A stretch of 36,379 nucleotides of DNA from Ferroacidibacillus organovorans (GCF_001642725.1 NZ_LSUQ01000025.1:1-36379), one strand, 5' to 3'. Positions 9,718 to 17,842 are shown, numbered from the stretch's first letter. The notes: generated by a model not told the origin, from the letters alone. Numbers and translations: made by a program.

Positions 9718-10605
9718 TTGTTTCGTTTTATAGGGATTCAAAAGAAAAAAGACGAAGCCAAGCACAGTGTAAAGGAAATGTGTAAGGTTTTGCATGTCAG
9801 CGAAGCCGGTTACTATCGCTGGCGGCGCACTCAAAACAGTCCCTATAAATATGATGATCTTTTGGCGAAGATCCGTCAGATTCGTGCAGAAAACAAGGAC
9901 TATGGAACGTACCGCATCTTTTTGGCCTTGCAACTGTTCCACAGCTATACCGGTACCTATTATGTGGTTCGGAGACTTTGCAAAACGCATCAGTTGATGC
10001 TGAAGAAGAACCATCATGCCAAGGGAACGACCAAGGCTGACCCTGCTGCACAAGCGAGCGAAAACCTGATAAAGCAGGATTTCACTGCCACGGCTCCCAA
10101 TCAAAAGTGGCTGGGGGATATCACGGAGATCCCCACGGCGGAGGGCAAACTGTATGTCAGCGCCGTTTTGGATTGTTATGATGGCGCGATTGTAGGATTT
10201 AAGATGGCGGACAACATGAAAGCCGAACTCTGTGTCGCGTCATTCACCTTGGCTGCCCAAAAACATCAAGCCTTTGGCATGACGTTTCATAGTGACCGAG
10301 GAAGTCAATACACCAGCAAGATGTACCGAGAAACCTTGGCCAGGTTTGGTGCAGTGCAAAGTATGAGTCATACCGGAAGATGCTATGACAACGCCAGAAT
10401 GGAATCCTTTTTTGCCACGCTGAAAAAAGAGTGCATTTACAAGGTTAAAACAGAAACATTGAAGATGGAGGTGGTCAAAAGCATGGTTTTCCGATTTGTC
10501 GAAATTCACTATAACCGGAAACGAATTTACACAACCAACGATGGTTATCCACCTTTGATGAAACGTCGTCAATATTACCGAGACCAGCTGTCCAAGGTAG
10601 TCTAA
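9718..10605 (+). CDS. IS3-family transposase OrfB (DDE/rve integrase core)
   Basis: PNQKWLGDITEI, FHSDRGSQYTS, QSMSHTGRCYDNARMESFFATLKKE. Confidence 0.95.
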   Translation: MFRFIGIQKKKDEAKHSVKEMCKVLHVSEAGYYRWRRTQNSPYKYDDLLAKIRQIRAENKDYGTYRIFLALQLFHSYTGTYYVVRRLCKTHQLMLKKNHHAKGTTKADPAAQASENLIKQDFTATAPNQKWLGDITEIPTAEGKLYVSAVLDCYDGAIVGFKMADNMKAELCVASFTLAAQKHQAFGMTFHSDRGSQYTSKMYRETLARFGAVQSMSHTGRCYDNARMESFFATLKKECIYKVKTETLKMEVVKSMVFRFVEIHYNRKRIYTTNDGYPPLMKRRQYYRDQLSKVV

Positions 10606-10926
10606 AAAGCGGGTAGCTAAGGTCTTGCTCCAACCATCTGTCGCAAGACCGTTTTTCATTTTGTTTAGGGATTCATTCGTCAAGGTCAGGTCGTATTTTC
10701 CAGAAAAGTACGTCTGGAAAATCTCCACCTTACCCTTGACTTCACTCACAACCCCTAGGCGTAGCCATGAATCGGTATTACGAGTTTCGGGACTAAACTA
10801 AATTTGACAATTCCAAATTTGAAAAGAGAATTTTGGGCTTTGACGCGATGTGGTCCGAGTGGTGTAAAAGGGACATCAAGCGTTTGCGTGGATTTTCGCG
10901 CTCGCATTTCTGTGGTAGAAGGTGGG

Positions 10927-10952
10927 TCCCCCGCGCGGTGCGGGGGATTTTT
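10927..10952 (+). terminator. Rho-independent terminator
   Basis: TCCCCCGC-GCGGT-GCGGGGGA-TTTTT. Confidence 0.7.
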
Positions 10953-11142
10953 ATGGTTGGCGGGAGGAAGATTGTCGCGGCATCGCGAGAAAGTGGCATT
11001 GGCGATGGAACATGTAGAAATCAAGATCGTAAAGGATCAAATGGAATACGAGGTTGCGCGCGATCACCAGAAAGGTCTTGATAATACCAGTGAACTGTGG
11101 GGTGTGATGGACGAAGATGCATGGAACACGCTCCGGTTCCTT

Positions 11143-11257
11143 TCCTTCAGAATTATAGCGCAATAACGCAATGGTTTAGACAAGCCCCACAATGCATAAC
11201 CATGGTGCACTCAGGTCGAATCGCTATTGCAGATAAGCTTCCTTTAGTCCCATAAAG
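11143..11257. repeat. Cassette-junction module 1 (weak site, TGCATAACCA box, site TATTGCAGATAA-GCTTCCT-TTAGTCCCATAA)
   Basis: Same layout and spacing as the modules at 12409, 13152 and 14251. Confidence 0.5.
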
Positions 11258-11285
11258 AAATCCCTCCCGATTTACGGAGGGACTG
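11255..11285 (-). terminator. Terminator of the phosphotransferase gene
   Basis: Minus strand TCCCTCC-GTAAATCG-GGAGGGA-TTTCTTT. Confidence 0.7.
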
Positions 11286-11292
11286 TCGAAGG

Positions 11293-12294
11293 TTAATTCC
11301 AAATGTCCACGATAGGTGTACCATTTTCAATTCTCATCTTTGCTTCAGAGATGAAATCTTTTCCCCACTGATTCAACTCTGATACATCGGGATGGTTTTT
11401 GTACATGCCAACATATACGATAATTTCCCGTAAACGAAGGAATAATGGGATTTGCATCATCCAGTATTTATCAATTTCGTGTTCTTGAGAATACCCCTTC
11501 ATGAAATGCTCCATGAAGCGACTTGCCTGAGATTCACGAAGTTCCCTTCCGTCATCTCCTCCATAGACATACACCAGGTAGTACATCTGAGTGACGATAT
11601 CATTTATAAACCAACTGTACTGTGCTTCATCAAAATCAAACAAAACAACCCGTGAGCCATCTACCCTAAAATTACCCACATGGACATCCCCATGCGTAAG
11701 TCCAAATGATTGGCGTTCTGCAGGTAGTGCCTGAATGTTACTGATAGTGTTCCTACATCCCTCGAACATATTGACTTGATCACTAGGAACAAATCCATGG
11801 ATGTTTGTCAGATAAAAGTTGTCACGCCATTCTCCACGCTGAACCCTCTTAGAGGAAGGTAAGAACGACTTGGACACAGCGTGCAGCCTGCCAATCGCTA
11901 CGCCACAATTGTAGTACAGTTCGTAGTCATGTAAACAATCAGGATAAGGAACAGACCTGCCTTCTGCTTTTACAAACGATGCAACAGTGAAGCCCGAACC
12001 ATGTTGTCCAACAAATTCAGCCAAGTTTCCCCTCACGGATGCAACTGGAGCAGACACTGCCACTCCATTCTTCTTCAAGTAGAGAAGCCACTCAAGTTCG
12101 CCTCTCACTAAATTGACGCTTCGATGTGCGCTTGGTGTAAAACGAAGAATATAGGTTTTTGCGCCACTTTGATATTCATAAACAAAGTTCATCGACCCAT
12201 GACATGGAGTCAATGATTCTAGTGATACACCAAATAAAGAGGCTCCATAGCCAACTATATCGCCGGTGAACTGTTGCAGAAGATTCTTCTCCAA
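11293..12294 (-). CDS. APH/homoserine kinase type II-like phosphotransferase
   Basis: YILRFT, ELEWLLYL, Brenner motif HGDVHVGNF and DFDEA; RBS AGAGGAG before TTG. Confidence 0.9.
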   Translation of the reverse strand: MEKNLLQQFTGDIVGYGASLFGVSLESLTPCHGSMNFVYEYQSGAKTYILRFTPSAHRSVNLVRGELEWLLYLKKNGVAVSAPVASVRGNLAEFVGQHGSGFTVASFVKAEGRSVPYPDCLHDYELYYNCGVAIGRLHAVSKSFLPSSKRVQRGEWRDNFYLTNIHGFVPSDQVNMFEGCRNTISNIQALPAERQSFGLTHGDVHVGNFRVDGSRVVLFDFDEAQYSWFINDIVTQMYYLVYVYGGDDGRELRESQASRFMEHFMKGYSQEHEIDKYWMMQIPLFLRLREIIVYVGMYKNHPDVSELNQWGKDFISEAKMRIENGTPIVDIWN

Positions 12295-12408
12295 ACTTAT
12301 TCTCCTCTCTAAAGATGTTGTTAGAGGGGGACGTTGCGTAGTTTAATGCACCTAAAGCAATGCATTCTTGTCACTCCTTCCATATCTCAAAACATCATGA
12401 TGATAATT

Positions 12409-12525
12409 TTCTTCAGCATAACTGCCCAAGTGCGACACAACCTTTGCGTACCTCGAACTGCATAATCATAAAAGACCAGACGAGACATCATTCTTCATAC
12501 GATCCTACGCCCGTTATCCGAATAA
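12409..12525. repeat. Cassette-junction module 2 (TCTTCAGCATAA-CTGCCC..., TGCATAATCA box, TTCTTCATACGATCC-TACGCCCG-TTATCCGAATAA)
   Basis: The second site contains the HAD stop codon (12514-12516). Confidence 0.5.
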
Positions 12526-13101
12526 CAAAAGCTCTACTTGTGGTATCCACGTTCCGAATTCATCTGCTTGTAAGGTCATCCATCCCAATTCAATGGCCGG
12601 TATGAAGTTTTTCTCTTGGTCATCAACGAATAAAACAATCTGTTCCGCATCAAGTTTATTTGCCAATACGTCATATATCTCACGGTGCGGTTTGCAACAC
12701 CCTACGTCACTGGATATGGTAAAAGTTCTTATGTATTTGCGTACAGTGGCCAAGGGTTTCATAAGCCATTCGGTACGATGGTTACTTAATAGATGGATGT
12801 CTGCTATCTCGCTCCATCTTGCCAAATGGTTCAAAGCTGGCAATGGTTGAAGGCTTGATTGTAAAGAGTCTTTGGCGTTGTTCAAGTTGACAGTTGGGAA
12901 TGTCACACATAGCCGATTCCAAAATTCTTCTTCCGTAAATGCACCAGTCCATAACTGTTCTCGAACGTTGACCTTAAAATCCGAGACTAGGTCTTCATAC
13001 GAAATACTTGCGCTATCTGATAACAGTTGCCAAAATAGGGGTGACATATTGGTAATCAGCACTCCCGCAATATCTAGAACGAGTTGTGGCTTATTGCCCA
13101 A
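12514..13101 (-). CDS. HAD-family hydrolase/phosphatase
   Basis: LVLDIAGVL, LLSN, KPHREIY, LFVDDQEKN; start placed at TTG 13101 after GGAGG. Confidence 0.88.
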   Translation of the reverse strand: MGNKPQLVLDIAGVLITNMSPLFWQLLSDSASISYEDLVSDFKVNVREQLWTGAFTEEEFWNRLCVTFPTVNLNNAKDSLQSSLQPLPALNHLARWSEIADIHLLSNHRTEWLMKPLATVRKYIRTFTISSDVGCCKPHREIYDVLANKLDAEQIVLFVDDQEKNFIPAIELGWMTLQADEFGTWIPQVELLLFG

Positions 13102-13151
13102 AACCTCGCCTCCCATCCCATTATCTCAGCATGATTTCATATCGCCATTAC

Positions 13152-13262
13152 GAACTGAAGATTCCTGCCCGAATGCACATGAGTCATCGCGGTGACACTC
13201 TGCATAATCACGCGCTGGTCAAGCGATGGTGATATTGCTTTTTTCCACACCTGAAAGCTGAA
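13152..13262. repeat. Cassette-junction module 3 (ACTGAAGATTC-CTGCCCG..., TGCATAATCA 13201-13210, degenerate TATTGC site)
   Basis: CTGCCC 36 bp before and TATTGC 32 bp after the box, as in modules 1 and 2. Confidence 0.4.
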
Positions 13263-13319
13263 GGACAACAGGGGTAAATTTGCATCTATTTGTGTATCTA
13301 AGATTACGGTAAGGATCGA

Positions 13320-13721
13320 TCAGGTTTTCCTTCGAATGATCCAGGCATTTTCCGCTTTATCAAAACCAACCGTCGGATAATATGTCATTGCCGTAGGGGC
13401 AGACAATAACAATAGCGATACTTGGTCAGATCATCGTAACTGTGTTTGACGAATCAGTTCTTTTCCGACACCACACCGTTGATAATCCTTGTCAACGGCC
13501 AAATCGGACAAGTAACAACAAAAGCAGAAATCAGTCAGTGAACGAGCCATTCCGACTAATTTTGCTCCGTCCCAAGCTGTGATGATAAGGTTTCCGTGAT
13601 CGATCATCTTTTGTATACGTTCCACATCAGCCGTCGGTCGATTGATTCCAGAGCGTTTGAAAACATCCGCGACCTCTTCTCCAGTTATTGGTGCATTGAA
13701 GTGATATTCGATCGAAGACAA
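13320..13721 (-). pseudogene. GNAT acetyltransferase with in-frame TGA at 13431-13433
   Basis: LVGMARSLTDFCFCCYLSDLAVDKDYQRCGVGKELI...QLR*SDQVSLLLLSAPTAMTYYPTVGF; the GNAT C-terminus continues in frame after the stop. Confidence 0.85.
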
Positions 13722-13776
13722 TTTCAATCCTCCTCTTTTTACCACACAACAATCATTCAACGCGCTGTGGATTCGC

Positions 13777-14196
13777 TCATTCGAGGTATTCCTCCGATCG
13801 AATGGGATTCAAATAGCGGGCCATGGATGTCTTAGCTTTCTTTAATCCCACACTCCGATAAAAATCTTCGTTCCCTGTCGTAGAAATGAGATGGACGCAT
13901 GAAATGTCTTGCAAATGCTGAAGGAGGTCGTTCATGATCAATCTTCCGATGCCCATGCCTTGGTAATTTGAATGGACCACAACGTCATAGATGGCTGCAT
14001 TAAAAACGCCGTCGGATAGCGCCCGGCCAAAGCCGATGACACGATCATTGTCCATCGCGAGGGTGACATGCGTGCTGGCGTTGAAAATTTTCGTGATGAT
14101 GTCTGCGTTATGTGTCATCCAGCCGACGGATGCATAGACGTCTTGCAGTTCCTCCGGGTTGACGGAAGGGAAGTCATTGTGTAGCTTGATGTTCAA
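13777..14196 (-). CDS. GNAT acetyltransferase
   Basis: IGFGRALSDGVFNAAIYDVVVHSNYQGMGIG, NEDFYRSVG; TTG start after GGAGGG. Confidence 0.9.
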   Translation of the reverse strand: MNIKLHNDFPSVNPEELQDVYASVGWMTHNADIITKIFNASTHVTLAMDNDRVIGFGRALSDGVFNAAIYDVVVHSNYQGMGIGRLIMNDLLQHLQDISCVHLISTTGNEDFYRSVGLKKAKTSMARYLNPIRSEEYLE

Positions 14197-14250
14197 TCGT
14201 AACCCTCCGTTTCGCACAATGCGGGATGATGGAACCGTTCAGAACTGCTT

Positions 14251-14362
14251 TTATGGCATTAAGAATACGAGGGAATGCTGTATTTTGTCGTATTATCTAT
14301 GATTATTTATACAATTCGATTGGTTTGCTTTCTTGAACATCAGCTCCCTTTAGAGACAGAAG
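14251..14362. repeat. Cassette-junction module 4 (weak site, TCTATGATTATTTA box, TTCTTGAACATC-AGCTCCCT-TTAGAGACAGAA)
   Basis: Site 14330-14361 lies 9 bp beyond the stop of the GNAT remnant; weak partner site ~80 bp to the left. Confidence 0.45.
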
Positions 14363-14370
14363 AGAGTGAA

Positions 14371-14640
14371 TTACAGCAATGCTTTAGTGAAAAGTATCTC
14401 CAACGGTTTGCTGTGCAACAATAAACAACCTGCGTCTCGATACCCTAACTTTCTATAGAAGTGCTGAGCATCTTCATTCGACAATGTTGATGTCATCACG
14501 AGATCAAAACCTTTTTGTTTCATTTCATTTTCCCAGCAGAGAACAGCTTGCTACTCCACGCCGTTTCCTCGATGCTTCTCGTCAACCCAAATCATGTTTA
14601 TGAATGGTGTGTTGTCCCAAAAGTGCCCATACCTAATGTT
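14371..14640 (-). pseudogene. GNAT acetyltransferase remnant (5'-truncated, in-frame TAG at 14551-14553)
   Basis: RYGHFWDNTPFINMIWVDEKHRGNGVE*QAVLCWENEMKQKGFDLVMTSTLSNEDAQHFYRKLGYRDAG; not in the ORF track. Confidence 0.8.
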
Positions 14641-14660
14641 TAAGAACACGACATATCAAT

Positions 14661-15179
14661 TTACAAATCGATCCAAAATCGTAGTAGAACATTTCCGTTT
14701 TCTTCAAAGTAGCTTGTATCCTGAATCCCACCATTGTTTCGTATTGTCTTTTCAGAGCCTGTATTATCCTTATGGCAAATGACTAAAACTTTTTCTATGC
14801 CTAACTCACTTGCCTTTAGCAATGACAGAGCTAATAGCTTTGTAGCGTACCCTTTTCGTCTCTCAGAAGGTCGAATGCCATACCCAATGTGACCGAAAGT
14901 CGTAAGACTGTGACGGATATTTACTGACCCGACAACCTTTCGGGAGTCAGTTATCAACCAGTATGTTGAAGAAGGTATCCCTCCATCGGGCAAATACTCT
15001 ACTTTCTCGTTATTTAACAAGGATTTAATCATCTTGTGAAAATCTGCAGGGTCTTTGGAAATCACCCATGGTGCCATACCTTCCAACTCTTCACCACCAT
15101 TTACCCACTCCTCATAGAAGGAGATATACTCATTTTGTAAGTCAATAGACGGTCTGCATAGATGTACATTCTCCCCCAT
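14661..15179 (-). CDS. GNAT acetyltransferase
   Basis: STYWL, VGSVNIRHSL, GHIGYGIRPSERRKGYAT, NTGSEKTIRNNGG. Confidence 0.9.
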   Translation of the reverse strand: MGENVHLCRPSIDLQNEYISFYEEWVNGGEELEGMAPWVISKDPADFHKMIKSLLNNEKVEYLPDGGIPSSTYWLITDSRKVVGSVNIRHSLTTFGHIGYGIRPSERRKGYATKLLALSLLKASELGIEKVLVICHKDNTGSEKTIRNNGGIQDTSYFEENGNVLLRFWIDL

Positions 15180-15265
15180 TGTTCAACCCCCAGAAAGTTT
15201 TTCCATAACCAGTTAATATCCGAAAACCAATTCCCGATATAATCCCAATATAATTGATTAGATTG

Positions 15266-15329
15266 TTATTTGGAGATAACCTCCTGTTAGTTCCAGAACA
15301 GTCAGATTGATCTTGTACATGATTATACA
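15266..15329. repeat. Cassette-junction site ATTTGGAGATAA-CCTCCTG-TTAGTTCCAGAA plus TACATGATTATACA box
   Basis: Closely resembles the 11225 site; the box starts ~48 bp after the site start, as in modules 1-3. Confidence 0.5.
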
Positions 15330-15648
15330 CCGAAGTAATTCGTTGGGGGCGACCTCTGTCGTGTTCAAACACTGTTGCCAAAATCGTGTAGGCTTACTTA
15401 GAAAGCGGACGCGATAGTACACACGGTGTCCGTCTATAAGAAAAATTAAAAGTACATGGGTAAAATGATTTTTTGATCCAAAAGAAGCCTCGAGGATGTT
15501 AAGTTGACGATGATACTGAAAACGATTTTCTGGGGAATCAGGAGATTTGCAAGTGAAGATTATTCGTTGCATCTCTATCTGTGCGGATTATTTTTTAAGT
15601 TAAAAATTAATAATTTTTTTGGTTAATATTGAATTTTAGGTGACCTCT

Positions 15649-15681
15649 CTTATGATTTAACTCTCCCGTTTGTTCAATTAG
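15649..15681. repeat. Cassette-junction site CTTATGATTTAA-CTCTCCCG-TTTGTTCAATTA
   Basis: Contains the histidine phosphatase stop codon (15674-15676). Confidence 0.5.
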
Positions 15682-16276
15682 ATTCAGAAATAGTTTTATC
15701 ACCAAATGTCCCGATTTTTTCTATCCCGTTGATATTCTCATTTTTGAAGCTGAGTTTGTAGATGTCAGGCTTGGGCAAGTGTCGAAAGAAGTTAAAGTCA
15801 AATCGGGAGTCGTAGTGGTGCATGATGATTGTCATGATACCTCCATGAATCCCAATTGCCACTCGTTTACCGTTATGTTTTTGAAGTACTTCGTTCATTG
15901 CACTAATTCCACGTCGTTCAACGTCTCTAATCGATTCACCACCTGGGAGTGCAAATTCAGGTTCTATAAAACTTCTCTCGATGGCTTCTAAAGGGTCGGT
16001 GACAATGTAATCGGATTGTGCAAATTTCCGTTCTCGAAACCGTTCGTCCAAGTCGATTGTCACCCCAAGCCTGGTGGCTGTACCTTTGATCGTTTGAATT
16101 GCCCTTACGTATGGACTCGAACAAACCATTTGAATACGTTCTTTCATTAGCAATTCTGTCACAGTCAATGCATCGATACGTCCACGTTCAGAGAGCGTAC
16201 GTGTCTCTTCGTCTCCAGAGGAATAATCCGAATCAGCATGACGCACAAGATAGATTTCAGTTATCACTTCAAGCAC
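15674..16276 (-). CDS. Histidine phosphatase (phosphoglycerate mutase) family protein
   Basis: YLVRHA, SSPYVRAIQT, FRER, GGES, IGIHGG; start may be GTG 16267. Confidence 0.92.
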   Translation of the reverse strand: MLEVITEIYLVRHADSDYSSGDEETRTLSERGRIDALTVTELLMKERIQMVCSSPYVRAIQTIKGTATRLGVTIDLDERFRERKFAQSDYIVTDPLEAIERSFIEPEFALPGGESIRDVERRGISAMNEVLQKHNGKRVAIGIHGGIMTIIMHHYDSRFDFNFFRHLPKPDIYKLSFKNENINGIEKIGTFGDKTISESN

Positions 16277-16472
16277 TCTCCTTTTCTCGGTCTTGCCTAA
16301 GTAGCGTGGATAAAATTTTTAAAATGGTTGTTTTTCCCGCGCCGTTTGAGCCAAGCAGAGCGAAAATACTGCCCTGTTTCACTTCGAAATCTACACCGTT
16401 CAAGACATGGAGCTGTTTGTAGGACTTCTGAAGTCCTTTCACTTGGATTGCCAAGTCTTGCATACTTTGCAC
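16269..16472 (-). pseudogene. ABC transporter ATPase, N-terminal fragment
   Basis: Walker A GSNGAGKTT in a DrrA-like N-terminus, ending ~15 residues later; no permease follows. Confidence 0.85.
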
Positions 16473-16476
16473 ACCC

Positions 16477-17343
16477 TTAGATAACCGTGACGTTTGATAG
16501 ATCGCATCCTATGCCTTTAAGCGAAGCAAAGGTCAACTTATCCAACATCGCTCCGTCAAAGCAGATGGTTTTGATGGCACGGTAGTATTTTTTGGACCAG
16601 GTAAATCCGGAAAGGAAGGATACGTTTCTTAATGTCGCACCTCGAAACGAAACGTCGTTCAGTGCAGATTTATCAAACTTGACACCGATGAAGGTTTGCC
16701 CGTCAAGACACATGCCTCGCAGATCGGAATACTTGAAATCAACGCCATGAAAGATGCAATTCTCAAAGGTCGTTTTTCTGAGGTCAGTCATGGTCAATTT
16801 GGCATCAGTCAGTTTAACATCGATGAACATTGCGCCTTTCAAACTTGACATGCTCACGTTTGTACGTACGAAAACGGATTTGCGGAAGCTTGCATCCGTA
16901 AGGTCAGAGGTGGAAAAGCTACAGTCAGTTAGATTTGCTCTGTCAAAATTGGCTTCTCGCACATCGCTGGCTTCAAATGAGCTACTGGTCAAGTCTGCGC
17001 CAGCAAAATTGGCACCGCGCAACGCGCTCGCTTTGAATTTTCCTTTGTGAGCGCTCACGCCCGCAAAGTCACTCTCTTTCAGATTGCTCGCGCTGAAATT
17101 TATCAGCACCTGACGCTCCAGTGAGTGGGAGAGGTTGGCGACCTCCTGTACCGTTTGCTCAATGTCGCCAATGCTGTCAAGGGTCATTTCAAAAGCTGTA
17201 TCATCATCCTTGCCTTCGGCTTTGAGTTCACGAAAGCGCTCCTGCAAATCGGAGAGTAGGTCAGCCTTTAGTTCGGTAACGCTTTTTATTCCATCGTAGG
17301 GCGCGAATAAATCGTTTAAATAGTTCGTCAGTTTATCATGCAT
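16477..17343 (-). CDS. Pentapeptide repeat protein with N-terminal helical (permease-prefix-like) domain
   Basis: A(D/N)LXX repeats (ANFAGADLTSSSF, ANFDRANLTDCSF); ATG 17343 after AAGGAG. Confidence 0.88.
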   Translation of the reverse strand: MHDKLTNYLNDLFAPYDGIKSVTELKADLLSDLQERFRELKAEGKDDDTAFEMTLDSIGDIEQTVQEVANLSHSLERQVLINFSASNLKESDFAGVSAHKGKFKASALRGANFAGADLTSSSFEASDVREANFDRANLTDCSFSTSDLTDASFRKSVFVRTNVSMSSLKGAMFIDVKLTDAKLTMTDLRKTTFENCIFHGVDFKYSDLRGMCLDGQTFIGVKFDKSALNDVSFRGATLRNVSFLSGFTWSKKYYRAIKTICFDGAMLDKLTFASLKGIGCDLSNVTVI

Positions 17344-17357
17344 AACGTCAAATCTCC

Positions 17358-17687
17358 TTACAATAAGATGTCGAGCACGCGTTTTGCGTACTCCCAATTG
17401 TTTTTGTTGCTGGCGTAAGTAGCCCTACCCTTTTCGGTTATCCGAAAGTACTTGCGCCGTCCCCCCTGAGATTCATCGCCCCAATACCACTCGATGTCAC
17501 CATCTGCCTCCAGCCGCCGGACGCTTGAGTACATCGTAGCTTCTTTCAACTCATACTCACCATCTGAACGCTCGGCAATCCGTTTGACAATTTCGTAGCC
17601 ATAGCGGTCAGCTTCGGATAAGAGTCGCAAAATCATCGTATCGGTGTGTCCTCGCAGCAGGTCAGATGTGATTTTATTCTCACTCAT
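17358..17687 (-). CDS. PadR-family transcriptional regulator
   Basis: DLLRGHTDTMIL, YGYEI, EATMYSSVRRLE, GGRRKYFRITEKG. Confidence 0.93.
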   Translation of the reverse strand: MSENKITSDLLRGHTDTMILRLLSEADRYGYEIVKRIAERSDGEYELKEATMYSSVRRLEADGDIEWYWGDESQGGRRKYFRITEKGRATYASNKNNWEYAKRVLDILL

Positions 17688-17796
17688 ATCGTCACCTCGA
17701 CATCGGCATCATACATCACATTACTATATCAGTCAATATACTTTGTTAGCTGTTTTACAGTGCGTAATTTAAACGGCGTCGTTTTATAACTAAAAC

Positions 17797-17842
17797 AAAA
17801 CCCGTTATTCCGCTGACGAAAATCAGCAGAATAACGGGTTTT
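17797..17842. terminator. Long hairpin, probable bidirectional terminator
   Basis: AAAACCCGTTATTC-C-GCTGA-CGAAAA-TCAGC-A-GAATAACGGGTTTT. Confidence 0.65.

Larger units (their letters stand above)
9341..10748 (+). mobile_element. IS3-family insertion sequence
   Basis: Starts with TG exactly where the CRISPR repeat breaks; orfA/orfB in -1 relative frames. Candidate right end ...CCCTTGACTTCACTCA at 10748 (alternative end ~10632). IRs are poorly matched and no target duplication is seen. Confidence 0.85.

Noticed and set aside
15258..15572. 104-aa minus-strand ORF
   Set aside because: No RBS or recognisable domain, and it runs through a candidate recombination site; probably spurious or a remnant.
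17797..17842. CCCGTTATTC within the long hairpin resembles the right half of the cassette sites
   Set aside because: It is part of a near-perfect inverted repeat with T-tails, better explained as a terminator.
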